This document shows positions 10,901 to 18,789 of a DNA stretch of 23,379 nt, in pieces; within the stretch, counting starts at the first letter, position 1, and each line of letters opens with the position of its first letter. The DNA lies in the IMG/VR virus record IMGVR_UViG_2802429220_000004; one strand, given 5' to 3'. The notes below the pieces were generated by a model. The model had not been told where the DNA came from. It searched no databases and worked only from the letters and a program-made list of their open reading frames with translations. The translations under genes were made by a program, and so were the position numbers. This DNA comes from a virus. Lineage: Duplodnaviria > Heunggongvirae > Uroviricota > Caudoviricetes.

Positions 10901-11214
10901 GATGACTGCGACGCCTGTTTCAGACGGGCATTCACGGAGCTCCATTCATCCGCCAGCGAAATCAGGTGTCCGGTGGCAAAGGCACCGGCAAACGCACCGG
11001 TCATTCCGACAGCCGAAGCGCGGATTTCCGTCAACTGGCTGTGCAGCTCAGCCAGAGCCCGGCGCTGCTCCCTGGCTGCCGCAGCAGCCTGACGTCCGCC
11101 ATTCTGCAGGGTCCGGTAATATTCACTGCCCATACGGGACGCCCGCTGGATCTCCGACTGGAATGACTGTGAATTTGCCGAAATTTTGATAATCAGTTCA
11201 CGTAACGTCGCCAT
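7972..11214 (-). CDS. H: Tail tape measure protein H (1080 aa)
   Basis: Long alanine- and glutamine-rich coiled-coil protein; C-terminal region (…NDGTNGQIGPEAA…RRDGGMLSG) parallels the lambda H C-terminus; ATG at 11214 preceded by AGGTGA. Confidence 0.9.
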   Translation of the reverse strand: MATLRELIIKISANSQSFQSEIQRASRMGSEYYRTLQNGGRQAAAAAREQRRALAELHSQLTEIRASAVGMTGAFAGAFATGHLISLADEWSSVNARLKQASQSSDEFASSQKVLMDISQRTGTAFSDNAALFARSAASMREYGYSADDVLKVTEAISTGLKISGASTAEAGSVITQFSQALAQGVLRGEEFNSVNESGDRIVRALAAGMGVARKDLKAMADDGKLTADKVVPALISQLGILRDEYAAMPETVSSSITKVENAFMAWVGGANEASGVTKTLSGMLNGVAGQIDNVATAVGALVAVGVARYFGNMASGAVSATAGLVTAARNEVALAEAQFRGTQIATARARAAVYRAQQAVAAARGTEMQIAAEARLAATQERLNRNIAARSAAQNALNSTTAVGSRLMSGALGLVGGVPGLVMLGAAAWYTLYQNQEQARESARQYALTIDEIAHKTPSMSLPEASDNEGRTRAALTEQNRLIDEQASRVKSLQEKIAGYQYVLANPGWTTGDGFMINHLTSVKTVTEGLAQATEQLAVEQSRLAQMQEKAQSIQDVLAGLEDRRVALIRQQAAEQNKVYQSMLVMNGQHTEFNRLLGLGNELLQQRQGLVNVPLRLPQATLDDKQQSALTKTERELALSRLKGEEKERVRLGYAADDLGFVGDPYQEARQRYISNALEAWRNNEANKPKSRGGKSETEKAEDSFSRLLKQQKEQLALVGQNTELAKLKYQTAQGELKTLTEMQKQELLRNAALIDQQKIREQLRSREETLKNENAAARASNDAELLGYGQGERARERMRELQQIRDSFRQKDADLQSQYQTGDISEDFYRQALAQNAQYLSERLKEQEAFYAESDVQRADWQKGLQEGFSNWVDNASDYASQAAQLATEGISGMVNNITEMLNGNKVEWRSWASSVLQEISKVLMNAAIVNGIKTAANGMSGAGGFLGSIGDWLGGAVANAKGGVYTSANLSAYSNSIVDTPTYFAFAKGAGLMGEAGPEAIMPLTRAADGSLGVRAVGSMNGSAGLVYSPVYHIAIQNDGTNGQIGPEAAGSLVQLIDQRVQAVMLSMRRDGGMLSG

Positions 11215-11230
11215 TCACCTTTCTCCGGGC

Positions 11231-11256
11231 AAAAAAAACCTGCCACAGCAGGTTTT
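11231..11256 (-). terminator. Hairpin plus U8 run in the T-H spacer
   Basis: On the minus strand AAACCTGC-TGTG-GCAGGTTT followed by TTTTTTTT, between the T stop (11266) and the H start (11214). Confidence 0.45.
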
Positions 11257-11265
11257 CATCATTAT

Positions 11266-11580
11266 TTATGACATTGCTGCAAGGCTCAGCGCGTCTTCCA
11301 GCGCCGCAAACGGATCCACCTCCGGCTTATCCTCATCCTCGCCCCAGCAGAGCATGGCGTCCTTCAGTGCAACATTCATCCCCTGTGCCCCGAAAACCGC
11401 TTTCACGATCTGTGCATTACGGATATCCCCGCGCTCATCACCCAGCGGGGATACCCTGTCGAACTCCATCCACATCATCGCCTCGCTCGCACTCAGGCTG
11501 TGCCGCAGTTCGGATAAGGTGCGCCCCAGACGGAGCGCAAGTCGCATCAGAAAGCGAATTTCCGGGCGGGCTACTTTTTT
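11266..11580 (-). CDS. T: T segment of the G-T tail assembly chaperone, reached by -1 frameshift from G
   Basis: Open frame offset by -1 from G; joins G at the slippery heptamer A AAA AAG (11580 to 11574 on the minus strand), immediately before the G stop. Confidence 0.7.
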   Translation of the reverse strand, partial: KKVARPEIRFLMRLALRLGRTLSELRHSLSASEAMMWMEFDRVSPLGDERGDIRNAQIVKAVFGAQGMNVALKDAMLCWGEDEDKPEVDPFAALEDALSLAAMS

Positions 11581-11945
11581 CTGGCCGACTCTGCATCAGC
11601 GATCAGTTCCAGTGCCTGACGCAGCAACCGGGCATGTACCGGACCATAGACGGCCAGCACCTGCTCACGGTCGTCCGGAGTGAACACCCGTTGCAGGTCA
11701 GTATCACACAGGACATCGCAGAACAGCGTCACATCCGCTTCCAGGTTACGGCGGGTTTTCGCCACCACCGACAGGGTATCGTCATCCTCTCCATCACCAT
11801 TGAGCACTTCCTGCCACAGATACCAGGCCTCTGCCGAAGGCTCCCGCAGCACCACGCTGACATTTCTCCATTCCGGCACCTTCACCGTTTTATGACGGAA
11901 CCCCGACAGTCTGGCCAGCGCCAGTGTTTTCAGATCTTTTGCCAT
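11571..11945 (-). CDS. G: Tail assembly chaperone G
   Basis: 124-aa acidic protein between the major tail gene and H, ending ...ARKK-TAG on the slippery run; position and size match lambda G. Confidence 0.8.
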   Translation of the reverse strand: MAKDLKTLALARLSGFRHKTVKVPEWRNVSVVLREPSAEAWYLWQEVLNGDGEDDDTLSVVAKTRRNLEADVTLFCDVLCDTDLQRVFTPDDREQVLAVYGPVHARLLRQALELIADAESARKK

Positions 11946-11950
11946 AAGCC

Positions 11951-12667
11951 TTATCCGCCCGCACCATTAACCGTTACTGTACACGCATCAGAGGTAATGC
12001 TCTGCGGCTGTTCTGCAGAATCCGTTACCTCGCAGGTATAAGCCCCCTTATCACCTGACTGCGTATTGGCTTTACTGAAAGTGTCAGTAGTCTGTCCCTC
12101 TACCGGCTGACCATCCTTCTTCCAGGCGTGTTTATAAGGCGGCGTTCCCCCGTTGACACTGACTGACATTGTCAGCAGCGCACCGGTATTCACGGTAAGT
12201 GTCTTCTCCAGATTTTTCACAAACGCCAGCGGTACCACATAGGACACCGGTTTACCCTTCAGGCGAAGTGAAAACGTTGCAGCCACCACGCCGTTGGTAC
12301 CGGATGACCAGGTGTGCTGACGCACTTCCGCCAGGAACTTAAAGCCCTTACCGGACGGAAACTGCACCTTAAACGCATACACCGTGTCATTGTCATAGGC
12401 ATCACGCAGGGCGTTCTGGGCCTGATTCAGATAAAAATTACCCGACATGGAAATCTCGGACGACGCCCCCAGACCGTTGATGTTCTCCTGCTCTGTGGAG
12501 CAGAGCGTGGTCACATCAATATCCTGTTTCTGACCGGCGGTGAACTGGACTTCCTTGATGGTGCAGTCCAGGCGCAGATATTCCGCCTTATCCATAGTTT
12601 CAGCAGTCGCCGGGGCAGATGAAATCATCACCTGCGTCAGCTGTGAGCGTTCATACAAAGCAGACAT
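11951..12667 (-). CDS. Major tail protein with a C-terminal Ig-like domain
   Basis: Sits in the lambda V position; C-terminal roughly 90 aa look like a bacterial Ig-like fold (…TVNTGALLTMSVSVNGGTPPYKHAWKKDGQPV…AYTCEVTD…); start set at the ATG for MSALYERS (12667) with AGGAGG six nt upstream. Confidence 0.8.
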   Translation of the reverse strand: MSALYERSQLTQVMISSAPATAETMDKAEYLRLDCTIKEVQFTAGQKQDIDVTTLCSTEQENINGLGASSEISMSGNFYLNQAQNALRDAYDNDTVYAFKVQFPSGKGFKFLAEVRQHTWSSGTNGVVAATFSLRLKGKPVSYVVPLAFVKNLEKTLTVNTGALLTMSVSVNGGTPPYKHAWKKDGQPVEGQTTDTFSKANTQSGDKGAYTCEVTDSAEQPQSITSDACTVTVNGAGG

Positions 12668-12683
12668 TCTGCCTCCTGATAAT

Positions 12684-12706
12684 AAAAAACCCGCACGCGG
12701 CGGGGT
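12684..12706 (-). terminator. Short GC hairpin plus U-run immediately upstream of the major tail gene
   Basis: On the minus strand CCCGC-CGCGT-GCGGG followed by TTTTTTATTAT, then the AGGAGG SD. Confidence 0.4.
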
Positions 12707-12732
12707 ATGGGTTTTGTAGAAAAAAGAAAAAG

Positions 12733-13077
12733 TCACACCGTGACCTGAAACTCCAGGGTTGCACGGTAACAGCGGTTTTCCGGAATATAGTCCTGCATTT
12801 CACTGACGGATCCCGGGGCCAGCAGCATTATGGCTTCACGGGCGTCCTGACGTATCTGACGCGCCTGCGTCACAGTCCCGGCATAAACGTCTATCTGCAC
12901 CGACACTGAGGACTCCGCCTGCCCGCCCATCACGTCCGCCGACACCGATGAAATCAGGCTGAAAACCACCCACGGAAGCGCCACCGACGGCCTGCCATCC
13001 AGCAGGGGGACCACATACGGGTACACCTGCCCGCCGGCAAGATGCGCCAGATGAGGATACAAATCCGCCTCCGTCAT
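12733..13077 (-). CDS. Tail terminator protein (lambda U-like)
   Basis: Position directly upstream of the major tail gene; …LLDGRPSVALPWVVF… resembles the lambda U FFDGRPAVFDEADFPAV region. Confidence 0.6.
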   Translation of the reverse strand: MTEADLYPHLAHLAGGQVYPYVVPLLDGRPSVALPWVVFSLISSVSADVMGGQAESSVSVQIDVYAGTVTQARQIRQDAREAIMLLAPGSVSEMQDYIPENRCYRATLEFQVTV

Positions 13078-13520
13078 CGTCTCAGTACCTCATCAATGGC
13101 CCGGTTCATCCGCGCAATCGCCACCTGTGCCGCCTGTTCACTGCGCACATCAAATGCCGGGCGCACAAACGGGTGCGGTGGCATATTCACGGTCCCCATT
13201 TCCACAAACCGCCAGTAGAAAGCATTGCGCGGGTTATCCGCCTTCATGGTGTTATCGCTGTTACCGGTGTCCGGATTAACACCCCGGATATGCACACCGG
13301 ATTCCATCCCGCCATCGCGGGAGCGCCGGGAAAGGACCACCACATTGCGGCGCAGTTTTCCCCTGCGTACCGGTGCCCGTGACACCACTTCTTCTTTCAG
13401 CACATTCGCACCCGCACGGGTTGCCTCACGCAGCACCCGGTTATTTTCTGCACCACTCAGAAGCTGCAAATCGCGGCTGATGTCCTCCAGCCCCGAAAAA
13501 TCCAGCAGGGTTTCGATCAT
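13074..13520 (-). CDS. HK97 gp10-family head-tail/tail completion protein
   Basis: …GTVNMPPHPFVRPAFD… is a characteristic gp10-family motif; ATGA overlap with the downstream gene. Confidence 0.65.
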   Translation of the reverse strand: MIETLLDFSGLEDISRDLQLLSGAENNRVLREATRAGANVLKEEVVSRAPVRRGKLRRNVVVLSRRSRDGGMESGVHIRGVNPDTGNSDNTMKADNPRNAFYWRFVEMGTVNMPPHPFVRPAFDVRSEQAAQVAIARMNRAIDEVLRR

Positions 13521-13867
13521 TTTTCACCTCCCAGCCGACAGAGAATTTCCAGACGTCCGCCGGTCGCATCCGGCACGGGCAGCCCGACAACGTTCAGGAT
13601 CCGGTCACGCCAGGGACCACTCAGCACATGAAGTCGTGACGCTGCCGTGATTTCCCGACCGGACTGACCGCGCACCCAGATGCGGATTTCCGCCTGCGCC
13701 ATTTCCGCACCAGACTGCATCCGCTCCCGGCTGCTCCTGCCACGGATATCCGCATGAATTTTCCCGCATGACACCCATTCTTCCGTCATTTCTCCGGCAG
13801 CATTACGGGTTAACACCGGGTTCAGAACACTTATCATCTGTGTCAGACGACCTGCAGATATTGCCAT
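13517..13867 (-). CDS. Head closure / head-tail adaptor protein
   Basis: Roughly 115-aa protein in the connector cluster; overlapping stop/start with neighbours. Confidence 0.6.
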   Translation of the reverse strand: MAISAGRLTQMISVLNPVLTRNAAGEMTEEWVSCGKIHADIRGRSSRERMQSGAEMAQAEIRIWVRGQSGREITAASRLHVLSGPWRDRILNVVGLPVPDATGGRLEILCRLGGEK

Positions 13868-13877
13868 TCCTCCCTCC

Positions 13878-14204
13878 TCATAACACCGTCGGACAACGCA
13901 AATCGTAAATCAGCACGGACACAGAAAACGGCAGTTCCCCCTGCACGAGGTCTTCCCGCTCAGCAAGATCCGGATTCCGGTACAGCATCCCGGTCAGTCG
14001 CATGGCAGCCCCCTTCATCCGGGTTAATGCCTCGCCCGGGATCAGCTCACCGTCCTCACGAATCACTTTATCCCGGCTGCCCTGAATGTAGGCCAGCAGC
14101 ACGGCGGTAGCCTGACGAACCTTGTCCATCAGCATGTCATCATCCGCGTCATGGTCAACACGCAGATGTGCCTTGATCTCTTCCAGTGTCAGTAATGCCG
14201 TCAT
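13878..14204 (-). CDS. Head-tail connector protein (gp6-like)
   Basis: N-terminus MTALLTLEEIKAHLRVDHDADDDML… is typical of gp6-like connector proteins. Confidence 0.7.
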   Translation of the reverse strand: MTALLTLEEIKAHLRVDHDADDDMLMDKVRQATAVLLAYIQGSRDKVIREDGELIPGEALTRMKGAAMRLTGMLYRNPDLAEREDLVQGELPFSVSVLIYDLRCPTVL

Positions 14205-15262
14205 TTTCCGCCTCCTGCATCCCGTCCACGTTTTGCAGCCAGGGTCCAGCCTGATGAATGAGCTTCTCCGGGTTTATCACCGGTCATACTGTTGCAGTGC
14301 CACAGCGAGCCCCCCCACGTCACCGTATCGCCGGGGTGGTAGGTTTCACCGGCTCTGAACACACCGCGGTAGAGCATCACCGGCAGGGAAAATGTTTTTT
14401 CCGTACACTGGCCACTGCTCTGCCGGATCACCACAGAGAACAACCGCTCATCCGTCATGCTGACGTCGATATCCGCCACCCCGTCAACCAGGCATTCCCA
14501 TCCCCGCATCCCGTGCGTTTTTTCATACGCCCGCCAGAGTCCACCCAGGTGTGTGGCATACGTGCCCCGGGGAAAGGATTTTTGATCGTCAATAGCGGGG
14601 AGCACTTCCAGTGCCGTGGCATCACGCCCGTCCTGCGGAGCCGGAAGGGCATTCACCGCCTCCAGAACCGCCTGCTTCAGTACTTCCGGATCGTAATCAC
14701 GACCATCACGCGGAGCAGGGATATGGCTTACGGCCTCTTTCACCATCTGCTCAAGCATCGGACGCACATCATCCGGGGTGAGACTTTTACCGTCCGCCGG
14801 CTGCGGAATATTTGCGACCGCATCATTCACCGCCTGCCTCAGTACTTCCGGATCGTAGTCACGACCATCACGCGGAACAGGAATATGGCTTACAGCCTCT
14901 TTCACCATCTGCTCAAGCATCGGACGCACATCATCGGGGGTGATACTTTTGCCGTCTGCCGGCACCGGTATTTTCGCGACCGCATCATTCACCGCCTGCT
15001 TCAGTACTTCCGGATCATAATCGCGACCATCACGCGGTAGCGGAATGGCCCCCACTGCGTCATCCACCATCGCCTGCAGAACAGGGCTAACCTCATCCAC
15101 CGTCACATGCTTCTGTAACAGAGCGGACAGGGAAGCCAGTTTCTCTTCAAACGCTTGTGCCTGCGCGCTCATCTTCTCCTCAAATGTGCGCTGTAAATCC
15201 GCCAGCACCGTGGCGAATTCTTCTCCCAGGGCACGAATAATGGACAGTTCACGTTCATTCAT
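14201..15262 (-). CDS. Repeat-containing head-module protein (possible decoration or fibre protein): coiled-coil N-terminus, about 2.7 tandem 54-aa repeats, C-terminal possible carbohydrate-binding domain
   Basis: Repeats IPxPRDGRDYDPEVLxQAVNDAVAxIPxPADGKSxTPDDVRPMLEQMVKEAVSH; C-terminal …YHPGDTVTWGGSLWHCNSMTGDKPGE…GWTLA resembles a CBM5/12-type motif; ATGA overlap with the portal stop. Confidence 0.6.
   Translation of the reverse strand: MNERELSIIRALGEEFATVLADLQRTFEEKMSAQAQAFEEKLASLSALLQKHVTVDEVSPVLQAMVDDAVGAIPLPRDGRDYDPEVLKQAVNDAVAKIPVPADGKSITPDDVRPMLEQMVKEAVSHIPVPRDGRDYDPEVLRQAVNDAVANIPQPADGKSLTPDDVRPMLEQMVKEAVSHIPAPRDGRDYDPEVLKQAVLEAVNALPAPQDGRDATALEVLPAIDDQKSFPRGTYATHLGGLWRAYEKTHGMRGWECLVDGVADIDVSMTDERLFSVVIRQSSGQCTEKTFSLPVMLYRGVFRAGETYHPGDTVTWGGSLWHCNSMTGDKPGEAHSSGWTLAAKRGRDAGGGK
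14650..15045. repeat. Tandem 162-bp DNA repeat (about 2.5 to 3 copies) inside the 353-aa gene
   Basis: For example atatggcttac(g/a)gcctctttcaccatctgctcaagcatcggacgcacatcatc starts at 14721 and again at 14883. Confidence 0.85.
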
Positions 15263-16623
15263 TTTTTCAGAATCCCCCTGAACATCGCTTTCACCGCATC
15301 ATGCTCTGTTTCACTGATTGCCTTATTACCGTCAGATGCGCCGTCAGGCGGTTGCGCTAAGGCCGTTTTCCCGGTCGACGCGAACGGATCCTCACGGGCA
15401 TCACGACGGGACAGTGCCTCCAGACTGTAGTTCTGCTGCTGAAGATACAGTGCATCACCGCCGGCCAGGGGCGGCAGGTTCTCCCGTTTACGGGCCTCAT
15501 TGGGCGTGAGAAGCGTATTTTTCACCGCATCCCCCAGCGTTTTCATGCGCCGCTCACTGTCCATTCTCAGCAGCGTGGTGACATCAAATTCTGTACTCTC
15601 GTTTTCCCCCGTTTCCAGCGCCTCATCCAGTAACAGTTCAATGGACTCAATCAGCGTCTGCAGGCACTGGGAATAATACTGCTGCTCCAGCGCCTCCACG
15701 TTGTCACTGGAAGGCGGTTGTCCCACGCCAATCTTGTAGGCCGGGACACGGAACACCGAACAGACAATTTCAGCGGTCATCTTCAGTTGTTCCACCGTCT
15801 GCGCATCCACCGGTGAAAACGTCGTGGGGTTATATTTTGCCCCGTTGCTCAGAATGGCCGTTTTCCCCGCATTTTCGCCGGTATACCCGCTGTCCCAGTT
15901 GCTCTTCAGTTTTTTCGCATTTTCTTCCGTAATACTGCCGGGGATCTCAATCACCCCGGACGGCATGCCGCCATTTCTGAAAAAATACGTCGAATTTTCC
16001 TGAATATGATGCCCCTGCGTGGCGGCCAGCCCGGCGGCATACACCGGCGGCAACCCTATAAGCGGATGAAAAAAACAGTTAAACCGGTCGTGGATCACTT
16101 CCCGGGCAGGCACCGTCACCGCCTCAGTGATCCCGCAGTTCCGGTCCGGCGTGATGCGGTAGAACACTTCGCCGTCATCCGCCACCAGTGGTTCAACCCG
16201 GCTCCAGTCCAGAATGCGCAGTTCTTTGATCTGCCCCCGGGAGTTACGGATTTTCAGCACCACCGTATTGCCGTGACGCAGTTTGGCGTTCAGCCACAGT
16301 TCAAAAAACTGGATGCGGTTCTGCTGGGCGTTGGGACGACGACAGAGGCGGGCAATATCCCCCCGGCGAGTTTCCCTGCGTATCCCCTGCGCATCCGTCT
16401 GCATAAGACGCAGCCGCATTTTGGCGATATCCTGGGATATCAGCGAAATGCACGAAAACACCGCATGAAAGGAGAGGACGGCTTCCGGATCGGCTTTCAC
16501 GCCCTGCTGCCAGGCGCCGGAAAAGGGCTCAGCCACCGCCTGAAACAGGCTGGTCCAGCCCGCCTCTCTTACGTCACGTCCTGATTTCTGGTTTTTTCGG
16601 GTTCGCTGTAAAAGGTTCCACAT
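15259..16623 (-). CDS. Portal protein, HK97 family
   Basis: Size (454 aa) and the …QLKMTAEIVCSVFRVPAYKIG… motif match the HK97-family portal signature as I recall it. Confidence 0.85.
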   Translation of the reverse strand: MWNLLQRTRKNQKSGRDVREAGWTSLFQAVAEPFSGAWQQGVKADPEAVLSFHAVFSCISLISQDIAKMRLRLMQTDAQGIRRETRRGDIARLCRRPNAQQNRIQFFELWLNAKLRHGNTVVLKIRNSRGQIKELRILDWSRVEPLVADDGEVFYRITPDRNCGITEAVTVPAREVIHDRFNCFFHPLIGLPPVYAAGLAATQGHHIQENSTYFFRNGGMPSGVIEIPGSITEENAKKLKSNWDSGYTGENAGKTAILSNGAKYNPTTFSPVDAQTVEQLKMTAEIVCSVFRVPAYKIGVGQPPSSDNVEALEQQYYSQCLQTLIESIELLLDEALETGENESTEFDVTTLLRMDSERRMKTLGDAVKNTLLTPNEARKRENLPPLAGGDALYLQQQNYSLEALSRRDAREDPFASTGKTALAQPPDGASDGNKAISETEHDAVKAMFRGILKK

Positions 16624-16790
16624 TCGCCATGCTCCGCATCACGTTTCTTTTTCTGACCTGCCGGACGTCGCACCGTGATGTACTCCGCCTTTCCCAGGCG
16701 AACCAGCACCTCCGCGCACGGCTGTGCCACATCACGGATATCCCCGGCCCGGGCATCATGCGTGCCCTGCAGATATCGGATCTTTGCCAT
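16569..16790 (-). CDS. Hypothetical small protein (73 aa) between capsid and portal genes
   Basis: ORF in the track; 3' end overlaps the portal start by 55 nt in another frame; no SD adjacent to the ATG, but an AAGGAGGA lies 5' of a strong hairpin. Confidence 0.35.
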   Translation of the reverse strand: MAKIRYLQGTHDARAGDIRDVAQPCAEVLVRLGKAEYITVRRPAGQKKKRDAEHGECGTFYSEPEKTRNQDVT

Positions 16791-16834
16791 AACCTGTTAC
16801 GGGAGGCGCACGCCTCCCGTCCTCCTTATCAGAC

Positions 16835-18772
16835 TCAGCCGCCGGACGCACTGCCGTAGTTCACACCGGTGATCACCGCCACCGCCGCGGTACGGCGACG
16901 ACGCCAGTTGATCCAGCGCTCCGCACGGATGGCCACACTGCCTGTCTGGAACATGGAAACCAGCTCCACCGGCGACGGCGTGGTACTGTCGCCGGTCGGC
17001 TCAGACTGCATTTCCAGTGATGCCTCGCGGGACATATCCACTGCCACGCCGCCGTCATCCGCCAGATAAATATCCGGGGCATTCACCAGCACCAGCTGGT
17101 CACCCACGTACTGGGAGACAATCACCGGCAGCCCCTGGAAGGTCCCCCCCAGCAGGGTCATGTCCGGGTATTCCTTCTGACCCAGCGCATTTTTACGCAT
17201 GGACAGCGCCAGGGCATTGGTGCTGGACATCAGCCAGACCGCACCGGTGGGCTGCAGGTTTGCTGCCACAAACTGTCCAAACGCCGCCTCTGCATCCGCA
17301 TCCGGGTTACCGGTTGATGCCTTGCCCTTCACATCATGGGTGATGGACGCCGGGGAGACATCTGCCACTGCGGCTTTTTTCGGGTCCACAAAGTCTGTGT
17401 CCAGACGCGCCACCACCGCTTCTGCCAGCGCATTACGGACCAGCGCATCAGCTGCCGGACTGGAAAAACGGATCAGCTCTTCCGTCAGTACCGCAATGGC
17501 CGACACCTTCGCATGACTGAAGGTGATGGATTCAAAATCAAACTTCGTCAGGGGTTTTGCCTTACCCTCACCCACCCAGCCGGCAGCACCGCCGGACACC
17601 TGGGCGTGCACACGGATATTGAACGGCACCTGACGAAGTGCAGGGATCCCGCCCTGACCAAATCGCCCGATAATGGTCTGCGGACGCAGGTAATCAATAA
17701 AGTCCTGTGCGTATTCCTGATATTCAGACAGGCTGCCTGCCCACTGCGGATCCGTGGTGGTCCCCGCGCCCACTGCCGATTTCAGGACATGATGCAGACG
17801 ACTGTCATCCGGATACTGACGACGGGCCACTTCCAGGGCTTCAGAGCGGACACCTTTAGCCGCAGCCAGTGATTTGGCAAAGCGGGCGAAGCCAATCCCC
17901 TTATCCAGTTTCTGCTCCACACGGATCACCGGCGCTGAAGCCACCGCGGCCACATTCCCGTTACCGGCCTGTTTCACCGGCTGCGCCGTGGCGGCCTTAC
18001 CGGCTTCCAGTTCACGCAGGCGCTTCAGGTGCGCATCCACCTGACGGATTTCCGCTGCGGTGTTGTCGTAATGCTCTTCCTCCTCCACATCCAGCGTGCG
18101 CCCTTCCTCTGCGGCTTTGGTCATGACCTCCTCAAGGGAGGCTGCCAGCGCTGCACGCTTGTTTTCAAAACTTTTAATCTGTTCGCCAATATTCATTATG
18201 GTCTTTTCCTTATGAAAAACGGTTGTTGACTGTGCCGCAGCGCCGGCAGAAGATGCGATTTTCACCACCGGTTTCCGGTTGCCGGACGCGGCAGAAAACT
18301 GGCGGTCGTAAGATTTAATGGTCCGGATGGTGCATTCCGCATTCGCGGGCACGGTGACGGCAGACACCTCCATCAGTTCCCAGCGCAGAAAATGCAGTCC
18401 GCCTCCGTCCAGAAAGGTGTATTCATGGGGACGGAAGCCCACGGACAGTCCCCTGACCAGCCCGGTCTTAATGGCCGCCCAGGCCTCATCCAGTCGGGCT
18501 GCCAGTTGCGATGGCATATCCGGCACAGGCTTCGCCAGTGTTGCCGTGATTTCCAGCCCTTCGCTGACCCGGCGCACCGTACACTGCCCCACCGGGCGGG
18601 AATGGTCATGCTGCCAGAGAAACGGGATCGCACTGCCGAACTCCGCCCCCTCCGGCTCCAGGATGTCACCATCCCGATCCGGAGAAGGCGTTGACGCAAT
18701 CCCGGTGATCACCCGCTCATCCTCACTGAAGGATTTCACCGTCAGCAGGGAGCAGGCCCGTTTAAGATTCAC
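16835..18772 (-). CDS. Prohead protease (HK97/S78-like) fused in frame to scaffold-like segment and HK97-fold major capsid protein
   Basis: N-terminal …FLWQHDHSRP…ELMEVSAVTVPANAE… protease motifs; middle coiled-coil segment; long C-terminal capsid-like domain; GTG start with AGGAGG five nt upstream; internal in-frame ATG at 18196. Confidence 0.85.
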   Translation of the reverse strand: MNLKRACSLLTVKSFSEDERVITGIASTPSPDRDGDILEPEGAEFGSAIPFLWQHDHSRPVGQCTVRRVSEGLEITATLAKPVPDMPSQLAARLDEAWAAIKTGLVRGLSVGFRPHEYTFLDGGGLHFLRWELMEVSAVTVPANAECTIRTIKSYDRQFSAASGNRKPVVKIASSAGAAAQSTTVFHKEKTIMNIGEQIKSFENKRAALAASLEEVMTKAAEEGRTLDVEEEEHYDNTAAEIRQVDAHLKRLRELEAGKAATAQPVKQAGNGNVAAVASAPVIRVEQKLDKGIGFARFAKSLAAAKGVRSEALEVARRQYPDDSRLHHVLKSAVGAGTTTDPQWAGSLSEYQEYAQDFIDYLRPQTIIGRFGQGGIPALRQVPFNIRVHAQVSGGAAGWVGEGKAKPLTKFDFESITFSHAKVSAIAVLTEELIRFSSPAADALVRNALAEAVVARLDTDFVDPKKAAVADVSPASITHDVKGKASTGNPDADAEAAFGQFVAANLQPTGAVWLMSSTNALALSMRKNALGQKEYPDMTLLGGTFQGLPVIVSQYVGDQLVLVNAPDIYLADDGGVAVDMSREASLEMQSEPTGDSTTPSPVELVSMFQTGSVAIRAERWINWRRRRTAAVAVITGVNYGSASGG

Positions 18773-18789
18773 ATCAGCCTCCTGAAAAT

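Noticed and set aside
8107-11189. Plus-strand ORFs (60-170 aa) overlapping the tape-measure gene
   Set aside because: Antisense to the H coding sequence; low-complexity Ala/Pro/Ser-rich products with no independent signals.
12668-12736. Upstream extension of the major tail gene (MTFSFFYKTHTPP…)
   Set aside because: Non-ATG start running through the hairpin and poly-U region; the ATG at 12667 has a perfect AGGAGG SD.
14650-15045. Possible CRISPR-like array suggested by tandem repeats
   Set aside because: The repeats are 162-bp in-frame coding repeats without unique spacers. The same applies to the 45-bp collagen repeats. No CRISPR array is present.
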